A stretch of DNA of 64,000 bases from Octopus vulgaris. Lineage: Eukaryota. Shown here piece after piece: positions 27,145-40,870 of this stretch. The notes beneath the pieces are model-generated. The model did not search any database, had not been told where the DNA came from, and saw nothing but the letters and a program-made list of their open reading frames with translations. Every line of letters begins with the position of its first letter. The first letter of the stretch is position 1. Made by a program: the position numbers and the translations under genes. The stretch is taken from assembly GCA_951406725.2 (NCBI GenBank), contig OX597826.1, positions 42,222,001-42,286,000 of the forward strand, given 5' to 3'.

Positions 27145-27587
27145 ATTCACCAAACTGCGTTGATATGATGAATGAAGACCGCGGGAGCACCTTCCTGTAA
27201 GGAAGGTTATGCCAACCTTGGTTCATTTAAAGCTATACTCAGATCAAAAAAACACCACCACAACGCACCTCCCTAAGCACAAACGGCACTCAGCTCGAAA
27301 TGCTGGGCTTCATTAGCTTCATACAATTAGATGTCTAAATGACTAAAACGAAATCTTTCATCTTACATTCTTTTACTCTTTTTTTTAAAACTCTTTTACT
27401 TGTTTCAGTCATTTGACTGTGGCCATGCTGGAGCACCGCCTTTTGTCGAGCAAATCGACCCCAGGACTTATTCTTTGTAAGCCTAGTATTTATTCTATCG
27501 GTCTCTTTTGCCGAACCGCTAAGTTACGGGGACGTAAACATACAAGCATCGGTTGTCAAGTGATGTTAGGGGGATATACACAGACAA

Positions 27588-27622
<35 letters not shown>

Positions 27623-27738
27623 AATATATATATATACATATATATGACGGGCTTCTTTCAGTTTCCGTCTACCAAATCCACTCACAAGGCTTCGGTCGGC
27701 CCGAGGCTATAGTAGAAGACACTTGCCCAAGGTGCCAC

Positions 27739-28340
27739 ACCAAAAACGGAAAGCGTTATTCATATAGTAAGTGAATGTAGCATGCTAATAGAGAAAGAGT
27801 ACAAGAAAAGACATAACAACATAGGAAGAATAATCCACTGGGAGTTATGTAGAAAGCTAGGATTCGAACATACTGATAAATGATATAAACATGAACCTAT
27901 TAAAGTACTAGAAAGTAAGAAATATAAGATGTTGTGGGACTTCAACATTCAAACTGACAGAGTAATAGAAGCTAGAAGGCTTGATTTAGTAGTAGTAAAG
28001 AAAGTGTCAGCTAATTGGCTTTACAGTCCCAAATGATGAAAAATCAGTATGAGAGGTATAGAGAAATAACAAAGTACCAGGACCTAGCTATTGAATTAAA
28101 GAAAGTTCTGGTAAAATGTATCCCAGTAGTTACAGATGCATCGGGAACTATTTGAACAGATGGATAGATGAAATATGCATAAAACCCAGTTTAGTACAGC
28201 TCCAGAAAACAGTTTTATTAGGGATAACTAGGATACCTAGGAGGGTTCTCGGCATCTAAGGTTACTTGTTGTAGCCCGATATTAGGATTGTTTTCTGTTC
28301 CAACAGTCTAATTTGTTGTGTGTATTTGAATAATAATAAT
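27739..28340 (+). mobile_element. R4/Dong-like LINE 3' end with (TAA)n tail
   Basis: ESVIHIVSEC..L..KEYKKRHNNIGRIIHWELC...YKMLWDFNIQTDRVIEARR.DLVV; ends in AATAATAATAAT. Confidence 0.85.
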
Positions 28341-29210
28341 CCTTTCTACTATAGGCACAAGGCCTGAAATTTTTTGGGGGGTGGGGGCAGTAATTCGCTT
28401 ACATTGACCCCGGTACACAACTCGTACTTAACTTATCGACTCCGAAAGGATTAAAGGCAAATCAATTCCGACGGAATTTGAACTCAGAACGTAGCAGAAG
28501 ACGAAATACATATTTCTTTACTGCCCACAAGGGGTTAAACACAGAAGGGACAAACAAGGACAGACAAACGGATTAAGTCGATTATATCGACCCCAGTTCG
28601 AAAGGATGAAAGGCAAAGTCGACCTCGGCGGAATTTGAACTCATAACGTAGCGGCAGACGAAATACCGCTAAGCATTTCGCACGGCGTGCTAACGCTTCT
28701 TATTTCTTTATTGCCCACAAGGGACTAAACATAGAGGGGGACAAACAAGAACAGACAAAGGGATTAAGTCGATTACATCGACCCCGGTGCGTAACTGGTA
28801 CTTTATTTATCGACCCCGAAAGGATGAAAGGCAAAGTCGACCTCGGCGGAATTTGAACTCACAACGTAACGACAGACGAAATACGGCTACGCATTTCGCC
28901 CGGTGTGCTAACGTTTCTGCCAGCTCACCGCCTTTGATAGGCGAAATACCTCTAGGTATTTCATCCGGCGTACTAACGATTCTGCCAAACTAAGGCGGTG
29001 GGCTGGATTAATCGTTAGCACGCAGGGCAGAATGCTTAGCGGTATTTCGCCCGTCTACATGCTCTGAGTTCAAATTCCGTCGAGGTCAATTTTGCATTTC
29101 ATCCTTCCGGGGTCTATAAATTAAGTACCTGTGAAATACTGGGGTCGATGCAATCAACTACCATCTCCCCTCAAATTTTAGACCTTGTGCCTTTAGTAGA
29201 GGATTATTAC
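28340..29210. mobile_element. Head-to-head SINE-B cluster (minus multimer 28340-28935, plus copy 28992-29210)
   Basis: Family-B core is present on both strands. Confidence 0.85.
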
Positions 29211-29219
29211 TATTATTAT

Positions 29220-29286
<67 letters not shown>

Positions 29287-29287
29287 G

Positions 29288-29355
<68 letters not shown>

Positions 29356-30989
29356 TTGATCACCGAGAGAAGCAAATACCTATTTTCCAATGTTTCTTTC
29401 TAAAGAAATTCAGTTTTGTCTGCAATTATATGATTGTAATTTTCTCTCGCAAATGATACTCGATTGCTTTCCAGTCGGCTTTGTGAAGGGTAATTTCTGT
29501 GAATAGAAATTAAAGTAGTTGAGCTCTCAATAATCTTATTATAACTCGGTATGCCTTACCTTACCAGGTGAACACACACACACACACACATGCAACTATA
29601 TACATATATACAGGGAGAGAGAAAGAGAGAGAGAGACAAAGACAGACAGAGTGGGAGAGGTGTATAGCTGCCTTCGTTATTTTATAATTTTCACATTACC
29701 ATTTTGCTGAATCAGTCATTAATCTGTGTTAAATACTATATACTGACAGTCGGGGATTTATCCAAACCATCAAGCGATAGAATAGTTACTACTGATGGGC
29801 TTTAATTTTAAGTGAAACTAAAAAATAGATGCAAGATATGGAGGGATATTGAAGTTGTAGATCCATTTTTTAGGTAGAATGGTATATATGTAATATTCCA
29901 ATACCCTATATTGGAATATAGTCCAAAAGTCCAACAGAGTTTAAAATGGGTCCTTCCAAATATAGTTTATACACAATGTAACATTCCCTTATGAGTGAGA
30001 GCCAGCAGTTTTTAAACTTGGTCATTCCAAGTACAGAATTTATACACAGTGTTGTAGAGTCAAAGATTTTTTACTTAAAGTGACCTAAAAATAGGGAGTG
30101 TATTAGTAGGGTCAAATCGAAAACAGGAAGAGAGGAATGAAGAAAGAGAAAAAAGAGAAGAGAAAAGAGAGAGGGAGAGAAAAAGGGAGAAGGAGAAGAA
30201 AGTAAGAAGAAAAGTAATAAAATAACAAAATAATAGAAAATATAAAAAACCCTGATGAGGGATAAAGGAAATAAAGAAAAAAGAAAAAGAAAAATGAAGA
30301 TATAGATCAGTCAGTGGTCAATGGAGATAATTTGAAAGTAGGAGTAGGGAGATGAAGGGTGAAAGAGCGAGAAAGGTATTATAGTATTAAAAGATAGAAG
30401 GAATGGGTGGTGGTGGTAAAAGGTAAAGGAATGACAAATGTGTAGTGATAGAGTCTAAGCGTAGGGGCAGAGAGAGGGGTTAGTAAAGGAATTTATATGT
30501 TCAGTAGTTCAGTGCTTAGTAATATAAGAAAATATATATGTGAAGATGTATATACATGTCTATAACAGACATGTTACACATACAATCCTTACTCGCATGC
30601 ATATGCACACATACACACTCACGTATATGTGCATCTGCATGTATCATTGTCCCTGTATACGCAGGCATATATACCTTGCATGCATACGTATATTTACACA
30701 TACCTACATATATACATATACGCATACACTCACTCATACATATACACGCCCACATGGGTGTATGTGCATACATACAACTACAATCAGATGGTTGTACATG
30801 TGAGGAACTAGATAGGGATTAGGAGTTAGAATGTAGATTTATAAGGTTATTGGGATTACCTAAGTGGTATTGTGGAAATGTACTGCATGGTCATTCTGGC
30901 ATTTGGATTTGTGGTAGAATTTGAGTGTGTGATAAAGCGGTGGTTGCATGTGCTTCGTGCCTCGTTATGTTTATTTAGCATTGTTGGAG

Positions 30990-31835
30990 AGTTGTGCCTC
31001 CTTCAGGCAAAACTTACACGTTGAGCGTTGACCTCAGTAGGGAAGTCCTGAGTCCAGTATGGACCATGATAGACATACTCAACTCGCCGGCCTGTTCCGA
31101 AGGACATTCGGGCTGGGGCCTTTGGATAATTTCCAAAGGTCTCTGGCTTGGCAATGTTACCGAGGGGCTTTACCAATTCGCGATAAACTCGCAAAGCATG
31201 GTGCTTCTTGCCTGCCCACGTACCCAAGGTGCGAGCAGAACGACGAAACCGTTCTGCACGCGATTGTACAGTGCCCGAGAATATCGGAATTGTGGGTTTA
31301 GGTCGAACAGCTGCTGTCATGTCTTGGAAGAGTACAACTGTCCCCCGAGTCAATCATAAAGATTGTTCCACCTTCCTCCTTTAATCGAGAAGGAAAAGTC
31401 CGTTTTCTCGCTGTGGTTGCTATAGCAAAAGAGGTGGTGTGGAAGACGCGAATGAAAGGAGTAGCGACATGCACCTTCATCTCCCGTCTCACTCTAGTGA
31501 GCCTTTTTGTTTTCCATCTTAAAAGGAAAATAGGACTGGAGAAGAGGTGTCTGTCACGTGTTCTATATGGAAAAAGATGGGAGAATGTGGCACGAGAGTT
31601 GAAAATGAGTGACTCATTCTGATTCAAGCCAATAGAAGTAGGGTAAAGCTTCAGTAGCGGACCGGACTCCCACTCCATTGTATTGTCCCATTGTTTTGTG
31701 TTTCATCCATTTTATATCATACATTTTTATAATATCGTCATTTTAATGTAACAATCATTCGTGACACCAAAGTGTATTTTTATTGTCACCCCTCTGTGTT
31801 GGTTTCTGGTAAGCAATAAAGAAATCATTCATTTC
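30990..31835 (+). mobile_element. L1/Tx1-clade LINE 3' fragment
   Basis: zf-RVT-like SLAWQCYRGALPIRDKL..HG...PRC..DETVLHAIVQCP..SELW, followed by a 3' UTR with AATAAA at ~31815. Confidence 0.8.
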
Positions 31836-31839
31836 CTGA

Positions 31840-32450
31840 ATGCAGGAAGTATGCCAAACACACGAAATCAGAGGGAGCAAGCTATCAGACGTCTTCCTGC
31901 TGGTCAACGTCCATAGGCCATTGCTAAAGATTTGAACTGCAGTATTCGGACAACTGAACGGCTGAGAGAATGATACAATGCCACAAACTGCGCGAATGGT
32001 AGTCCATGCAGTGGCCCACCGAAGGTTAAAACGGCATGTCAAGATCGTCATCTGCACCAACAGCATTTGCAGGACCGATTCCGGATGGCAATGGAATCAG
32101 CTAGGCAGACCACAGGGACTCGCCACAGACCCATTTTTGCAGAGACCGTTCGCCGCCGGCTGAGATCTTTCAATCTGTCTTCGCGACTTCCGGCTAGAGG
32201 CCCCATCCTCACAGATCTTCATCGACGGGCACGTCTGCAGTAGGCTCAAAAATGTCAGAACTGGCAATATCAGCAGTGGAGGACTGTAATCTTCTATGAC
32301 GAAAGTCAATATTGCATTTCTGTGGCAGATGACAGAGCTAGGGTTTGGAGAAGAAGAAATGAACGTCATGTCGATGGCTGAGTGGCGGAGGGAGATTTAG
32401 GGGCGGGGGACAAAGCATCATGGTATGGGGCGGGATTGCACTCAACCAGA
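31840..32450 (+). mobile_element. Degenerate Tc1 (DD34E-type) transposase 5' half
   Basis: Peptides IAKDLNCS, SGPPKVKT..QDR, ETVRRRL, LHRRARLQ*A, WRTVIF.DES, RVWRRRNE and SIMVWGGI. Confidence 0.82.
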
Positions 32451-33599
32451 CACATCTTATCTTTAATTAAAGACAAGTAATTGACGTATCTGTAATTTAA
32501 TACTTGAATTAATTCCCTAGAATGCGTTATATACGCAAATCAGTTTATTGGAATTATTTTAGCCCTGAGCAATTGCAAGTTAATAAGAATTTATAGAGGG
32601 AACTCGGTTGCTAATAAAAACTTCTATAAAATTTCAAGACAAGTTTTAATTTAGCTCAGGTGATACTTCTGTTTCTGTTAACGAAGATATTAATTATAAA
32701 GACAAGTTGTCTGCATCTGTCTATAATTTACATTGTTGGCTAAAATCCAATGACATATTTGCATATGCGCGCACGCACACACACTCACAAACACACAATG
32801 CCTATACACATACAGACACATGAATTAACAAGCCCCTTCATAAAGCACAATGCATGAATATTTTATGAATATATTTAAATGTGAAACAAATGAAAACTAC
32901 ATAATGCTATACCTTCTATGACATATGTCAACAAGCCTTTCGAAGATAAGATCTTTAAGTGACGAATTTTAATCATTACAGGGTTCTAGTATATACTCTG
33001 TATACAGTATTGTCTAAAAGGAAGTGTGAGAGAAAGTGTATATTATTAGTGTGAGTACGTTGTGTGCGTATGAGAGATAGGGAATGAATTAGTGTCAGAG
33101 AGAGAGAAAGAGGCAGACAGAGAGAGAAAGAGAAGAAAAGGGAGAGAGGTGGGCATCTCACCACTCCATTATAACTATCAGTCTTTCAGTATCTCTTTTC
33201 ATGACTCCCTTCCATTTTATTCTAGCTGGACCTCGGCCCCAGGGTTTTTCTTCATGCATCATTCTAGGATGATGGTCTTAAGGCGGTGAGCTGGCAGAAA
33301 CGTTAGCGCGCCGGACGAAATGCTTAGCGGTATTTCGTCTGCCGCTGCGTTCTGAGTTCAAATTTCGCCGAGGTCGACTTTGCCTTTCATCCTTTCAGGA
33401 TCGATAAATTAAGTACCAGTTACGCACTGGGGTTGATGTAATCGACTTAATCCCTTTGTCTGTCCTTGTTTGTCCCCTTTATGTTTAGCCCTTTGTGGGC
33501 AATAAAGAAACAAGAATCGTTAGTACGCCGGATAAAATGCTTAGCAGCATTTTTCTGGTTTTACGATTTGAATTAAATAGTTGTCTTAATAATAATGCA

Positions 33600-34225
33600 C
33601 TGTTGTATCTATGAACGGTCATTATGCCACTAATAAACACATGCATTTGTTCTATTTCAGTTCTTTATCAATTTTTATTTGTGAATTGGCTGACCTATTA
33701 AGAAGTTAACTAATCGATTGTTTGACTAATTGTTCGGTCAATCACTTATTTCGCTAGGTTTATCACAGTTCTTTCGACATCCTTTGTGAATTCATCGATG
33801 ACATGCCCTTTCTACTCCAGGTCTGTTTCATTAGCAATCTTTAGTCCCCTTATAAATGAAAAATTAAAAAGAATTCCTTGGCAGAGCAGTCTAGTAGTTT
33901 ATGAACCTTCTCACCACAAGATATACATTATTCATAGTCCTTTCTATTAGCAGCAAGATAAAGAGAATCGTTAGAATAACACTCTCCATGCTGCAAAGAC
34001 CTTGGAGTAGACCGGGAGTGTGTGTGTGGGAGCATGTTATTGATGAAGTTGCAAATGGTGATTGAAGGACTTTGATAAACCCAACCGAACGATTAATCAA
34101 ATAATCGATTAGTTAATTGGCTAAATGGTAAATCAGTTGACAAATGAAAAATAAGAAACTAAATAAAACTAACGCGTATATTTATTATTGATATAATTGT
34201 CCCATCCTCCACCGGATACAACAAT
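33600..34225. repeat. Old fold-back element with ~230-bp diverged inverted arms
   Basis: TTAACTAATCGATTGTTTGACTAATTGTTCGGT (~33706) is the inverse of ACCGAACGATTAATCAAATAATCGATTAGTTAA (~34084). Similarity extends both inward and outward. Confidence 0.7.
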
Positions 34226-34901
34226 ATATGTTTCAACACTTGAATTTACATAAAAAATCCTGGAAACCAGATACAAAAATAAAATAATAAAGTATATTTC
34301 TACAAACCTTATGAATATATTTCACCATGTAGTAACTGATTACATCCATAAATTTAAGACCCATTCTACACTATACGAAAACATATCGTTTTTGTAGGTT
34401 AATTCTTTGGTAAATCGTAAGCAACAATCATCAAAATCCATCACAGACTTTATTCAGGCTTTCTGGCTTTAAACCAAGATTGTTGTTTTTAAAAGATATC
34501 TACCATTGAATATTATGAAAAAAAAGCATATAAAATGCTTTTAATACAAGTTTATAAGAGAATACTATACTCCAACTGTTACGTGAACTCAAGTCACATG
34601 ATGCAATATAGCATTATATTGAAATATAGCACAATATAGAATTGTGACATTCTCAAATGTATTATAATCTCTCCAGTTCACAATAAATGACTTATTCCCC
34701 TGATGCGTTATCCGGGCTTTTACAACATGGTCATTGCAGTTGTCATAATTCTCTTTATCTTGGACGCTAATAGAAAGATGTATGAATGCTGCTGGGTTCC
34801 TTTTTATGAATTGTCAAATATTTTTCATTCATATGGGGACAAAAGAACGCTACTGAAAGGTATGAAATCTATGCATTTTGCTGTGAATGGGATTGCTTAG
34901 T

Positions 34902-34932
<31 letters not shown>

Positions 34933-35117
34933 TATATAGAAGATTTACAGGATAGTACTGTTTCATTCAAGAGAAATCTTCAGGAATGCTTCCTGAAGAT
35001 TTCTCTTGAATGAAACAGTACTAGTCCTGTAAACTCCTTCTATATAATAAATTAATTTTACTCTGTATGTATTGAGTACCTTACTTACTGTGGTTAACCC
35101 CGAATCAACCCGGGACC

Positions 35118-35189
<72 letters not shown>

Positions 35190-36189
35190 GCATGTGTGTG
35201 TGTGTGTGTGTATGCTGAGTATCCCGTCGTTGCCGGGTAGTTTTCACTATAGAATAGTAAAACTGGAACAAAGGCCGTTAAACATTTTGTCCGGTGTGCT
35301 AAAGATTCAATTAGTTCACCTTGCAGCTGTTTCGCATTTTACTCTATTCAAAAATTCAGTTGTTATAGCTACAATAAATTATAAAACTGTTGACACTTTA
35401 ACTGATTCAGAAAGTACAGAAAATTTTATTAGCAGCCCTCGTACTACTAATATGAAATTTAATTATTTTATAATTATAATGACCTTTTATAATTACAATT
35501 GCACAAAAGACAGTATTTAAAGGCAATATTTTTTAAGATGTAACTTTTAAAGAGAATGCTTGTTACTAGCAGCAATATCTGTTAATATTATTCCACGGTT
35601 ATTTTGAAAAAGCTATAAAATTGTTGGGTTTTATAGAGAACCATGACACATAATTTCATTTGAAATATTTTTTACTGTAGCTGATGTAAAAATGCCAGAA
35701 ATAATACTGGAGGTGCAGTCTTAAGAGAGAACATCTACGAAAACTGTATTTTTTGTATTGTATTTATCATATGTTCTACCTTGCGATTTGTTATTTATTT
35801 CTTTGCATTTAAATATGAACGCACTCAAGAAAGAGCTATATACAAAATATTTCGTAAGAATATACTGATTGACTTCTCTTCATTTTCCCCTGGCGGGAAT
35901 GTTAAGATAATGATGGAAAATGCGTTGAAAAAATAAGGCATAAAGCGAACGCATGGAACAGTCTAAAGTATGGAATGCAATAGAAGACATAATTTGTTAC
36001 GACGTTGGTAACACGTCAATAGATTTAAATATATTGTACTAAATCTTTAATTTCAGAAGAAAGCGCAAACGACTGAACTTAGGTGCATATTCCAAGCCAA
36101 AAGAAAAGAAATGCAGTAGCTGCTTTTGTGAGCTGTGAATTGTAAAACAATGAGTCATACATGCATGTGTGTGTATGTACATACATACA

Positions 36190-36284
<95 letters not shown>

Positions 36285-36388
36285 TCTATATATATATATG
36301 GAGAGTTTACGAAAAAGTCAAAAGACGAAGACAGGTGGTGTACAAAACAAATTGATGTATTAGCTTAACGCTCAGGAATAGAAAAAGT

Positions 36389-36424
36389 CTTTTACGTTTC
36401 GAGCCTACGCTCTTCTACAGAAAG
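36389..36424 (-). ncRNA. Putative minimal hammerhead-like motif in a ~190-bp (TA)n-flanked element (36299-36490)
   Basis: CTTT-CTGTAGA-A-GAGC-gtag-GCTC-GAAA-C-GTA-AAAG. Stem I CTTT/AAAG, palindromic ACGT stem III, core A6 position changed to U. Confidence 0.5.
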
Positions 36425-36698
36425 GGACACAGAAAAAACAAGGAGAGAAACAAGGAGAGAAAAAATGTGTGTAGTGGTTAACGATCTATCATATATATAT
36501 ATCACTCTTGACTGCTACTGGTAGCATGCAACCCGGTTTAACCCGATACATGGAGGCCTTCGGCAAGTAAACCGGCAACATCACCAAGTCTACTTACTTG
36601 CTGAGTAGGATGGTTTTGAGATAATCTGCGGGAGGAAAAACAAAACCCGCCAAAGGACAGATTGACTCAGGAGAGCCAACGGCCATCCAATTATGTAA

Positions 36699-36737
<39 letters not shown>

Positions 36738-37264
36738 ATATATGCTCGAAGACTGAAATTTCTGGTTTGTATCCAGGCTTGCATATGGCTTACCAAGGTA
36801 GGTTCGAGTCTGAGCCTATACCAAGGCAACTAACCCAGGAAATAGAGAACAGAAAAGCCTGAAGTATGTCGTTCATTTAGTTTATGGTAAACATCTGTTC
36901 CAATTTTCTGCTTTCAGCCATCACGTGGATTCAGCATAGGAACAAACACGCTTTGATGGAAGGTTTCAATGTTGGAATGAGTGCTGACCATCAGGTATTG
37001 TCTAACATTTTCGGTCTACATGGAATCGGGTGAATGAACTCAAATGGTTACGTCTTCTTTCATTTTGCAAAGAATTTGAACTGAGAGCAAATAATTAGCA
37101 CATGATTGATTACATAATCACAAAGTGGACTAACGTGAAGAACTTTAACATCACTCGCTTCTTTCACAGCTCTTGTTATATATATATGTATATATATATA
37201 TTCTGTTCTTTAAGACGATTTAGTTGACCAAATTCATATACATTATAGTTTGATAACAAATTAA

Positions 37265-37530
37265 ATGTCATTCATTACGATTCAATGTAACTTGTTCAAA
37301 TGTTTCTGCAGGATTCTTTGTCACTTTCAGGTTAGCTTTGAGCTTATCTTTGTGCCCGAGCCATGGTCTTCTTATACTTTTCCTTCTACCATAGACTTTT
37401 GTATTTCTGATGTCACTCATTCTAATGCTGGTGGTGAGACCGACAGCTTTACTTGTAATAAAGAAACGATTAACATATGTCATCATGGAGAATTCTCTCC
37501 AGGGTCTATTTTCTCTAACGTGATGTATTC
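37265..37530 (-). mobile_element. Old RTE-like LINE C-terminal remnant
   Basis: [22 protein letters not shown]....[12 protein letters not shown] resembles the RTE C-terminus (GRP..RYKD.LK..L...WE..A..R..WR). Confidence 0.55.
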
Positions 37531-37658
37531 ACACGTCCGAGTGTGCTCGAGTGTGTTATATTTAATTTCACACAATTATATTATTTTCAACACTGCGTCG
37601 TGTGACTTTGTACACATACACAGGCTCACAAAAACACAGGCACACACACATGTATATG

Positions 37659-37729
<71 letters not shown>

Positions 37730-38173
37730 TTTACTTGTTTCAGTCATGTGACTGTGGCCATGCTGGATCACCGCCTTTATCGAGCAACTCGACCCCGGGA
37801 CTTATTCTTTGTAAGCCCAGTACTTATTCTATCGGTCTCTTTTGCCGAACCGCTAAGTGACGGGGACATAAACACACCAGCATCGGTTGTCAAGCAATGC
37901 TAGGGGGACAAACACAGACACATAAACATACACACACACATACATATATATATATACATATATACGACGGGCTTCTTTCAGTTTCCCTCTACCAAATCCA
38001 CTCACAAGGCTTTGGTCGGCCCGAGGCTATTGTAGAAGACACTTGTCCAAGGCGCCACGCAGTGGGACTGAACCCGGAACCATGTGGCTGGTAAGTAAGT
38101 TACTTACCACACAGCCACTCCTATATATATATAATTATGCATACATACAAACATACATATATACATATATACA

Positions 38174-38226
<53 letters not shown>

Positions 38227-38433
38227 TATTGAACCTTGGGAAGGGCATTATGCCGATAATAATAAGCACAAGTACTGGTAATTAACCTATTAGCTAACAA
38301 TAACAATAAAGGATCGAACCAGTGCGTGTGTTTATTATTACCGGCACAATGCCCCTCACAAGGTTCCATAGCATTCCTCAACACACGAATTCACATCAAG
38401 AATGTTGCAATCCAGATACAAATACGAACTACA

Positions 38434-38473
<40 letters not shown>

Positions 38474-38514
38474 TTTATGTGTGCATGCAAGCGTGCGTGT
38501 GAGTATGTGTGTAT

Positions 38515-38569
<55 letters not shown>

Positions 38570-40778
38570 CGTGCGTGTACAATGCTGTTAATTTTAATTA
38601 TTTCCCAGTCAATTATCTTGGAATAATACAGATATTGCGTGTCTATAACAGGTCATAATAGACCATGTCATCGATAGAGGCAAATATTACATATTACAGA
38701 GATCGTAGCAGAATATTATAGATATCAGATATCCGCGTACGGCTATTGCTTCTCCTCACAAAAGTGTACTATTAAATATAACGGTATTTTTCTGCTTGTT
38801 GTCTCTTTACAAACGTGATATATGAAATACAACTGTACTTCAGCAACACTTTCATTTTGTGGTTTTGTTATTATGTTTATATGTCTTTTCAGAGTTTTAA
38901 GAGTTTTGATCAAAGTATTAATGCTATTACCGCTTCCTAGGTAGTTTAATTCTAATAAAGGTAATTATTTTCTTTTGGCGGGAAGGCATCTAATTGTTTG
39001 TTGAAAGTGGGTATGATAGAGATCAATGTTCCTCCTTTCCGTATTCAGTCTTTTAGCTGAGTAAAATTCAAATAAAGAACGGTTATTTTATTTTATACTT
39101 GTTTCAGTCATTTGACTGCGGCCACTTTAAAGAATTTTAGTAGAAAAAAATCTACCCCAGGACTTACTTTTTAAAGCCTATTACTTATGTTATAGGTCAC
39201 ATTTTCTGAATCGCTAGGTTACAAAAAGTAAATTCACTAGTTGTCAAGCGGTAGTGGTGTACAAACACACACACACACATAAATACGAAGGGTTTCTTTC
39301 AGTTTCCGTCTACTAAATCCACTCACAAAGCTTTGGTCGGCCCGAGGCTATAGTAGAAGCCATTCGGTCAATGTGCCACGCAGTGGGACCGAACCCGGAA
39401 CCATGTGATTGGGAAGCAAGGTTCTTACCACACAGTCCCATCTGCGCGTATGTTGTAGAATATTCAGAAGTTTCTAACCAACTTCTACCTTTAATTTCCA
39501 CTTCAGTAAAAAAAAAGAGAAAACCATCGTGAGTGTTTTAGCGGGTTGGATTTAAAACTACCAAGCTCTACTCATTGATTGCCGTCCTTCTGTGAAATTT
39601 AAACACATTAGAAACTCACATCAGTTTTGTAGAATGTCATGTGGATGGAAGTATGCAAAAGTTGTAGTTCAAAGAATAATTGAAAGCACAGTTATACAAT
39701 CGCCTAAATACAATATTTGCCTATATTTATGATTATGTATCGAGAGTGAAGGATGGCAAGGTGGCAGGACCGGACAAAACGCTTAACGCTCACCGAAGGC
39801 GGTGAGCTGGCAGAAACGTTAGCACGCCGGGCAAAATGCTTTGTAGTATTTCGTCCACTGCTACGTTCTGAGTTCAAATTCCGCCGAGGTCGACTTTGCC
39901 TTTCATCCTTTCGGGGTCGATTAAATAAGTACCAGTCACGCACTGGGGTCGATATAATAGACTTAATCTTGTTTGTCCTTGTTTGTCCTTTCTGTGTGGG
40001 TAATAAAGAAATAGGTATTTCGTCCGTCTTTATGTTCTGAGTTCAAACTCTGTTGATGCCGGCGGTTTTGCCGTTCATCCTTTCGGAATCGATGAAATAA
40101 ATACCAGTTACGCGCTGAGGGCAATGTTATTGACTAGCCACATTTCAAGCTTGGGGCTTACAGTTGAAAGGATCTTATATTGAGCATTATATGTTGAGCG
40201 AAAGTAGGCGAGCTGGAAAGGTCGTTAGCGCGTCAGACAAAACCCTGAACGGTATTTCTGTCGACTTTGCCTTTCATCCTTTCGGGGTCGATAAATTAAG
40301 TACCAGTTACGCACTGGGGTCGATGTAATCGACTTAATACCTATGTCTGTCCTTGTTTGTCCCCTCTGTGTTTAGCCCCTTGTGGGTAATAAAGAAATAG
40401 GTATTTCTTTCGGCGCTTTATGTTTTGAGTTCAAGTTACGTCTTGGTTGGTTTTGCTTTTCATCCTTTGAGGATCGCTAAAATAAGTACCAGTCAAAGAT
40501 TGGGAGCAATGTAAATTTAAACAGCAATAGTAATAACGGTTTCAAATTTTGGCACAAGGCCAGCAATTACGGGTAAGTGCTAAGTCGATTACATCGACCC
40601 CAGTGCTCAACTGGTAGTTATTTCATCGCCCTCGAAAGCATGAAAGGCAAAGTCGACCTCAGCGGAATTTGAACCCAGAATGTAAAGACGGACGAAATTC
40701 TGCTAATCATTTTGCTCGGCGTGCTAACTATTCTGCCAATTCACCACCTTACTACTACTGCTACTGCTACTACTACTA

Positions 40779-40834
<56 letters not shown>

Positions 40835-40839
40835 ATAAC

Positions 40840-40870
<31 letters not shown>

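Noticed and set aside
30252-30280. CTGATGA...GAAA hammerhead candidate
   Set aside because: It sits in purine-rich low-complexity sequence with no stems.
34703-36130. Possible plus-strand exons or short ORFs in unique AT-rich DNA
   Set aside because: Weak splice sites, no recognisable protein similarity and no consistent phase chain.
37265-37903. 212-aa ORF
   Set aside because: It runs through the antisense of an RTE remnant, a (TA)n tract and a SINE; a chance open frame.
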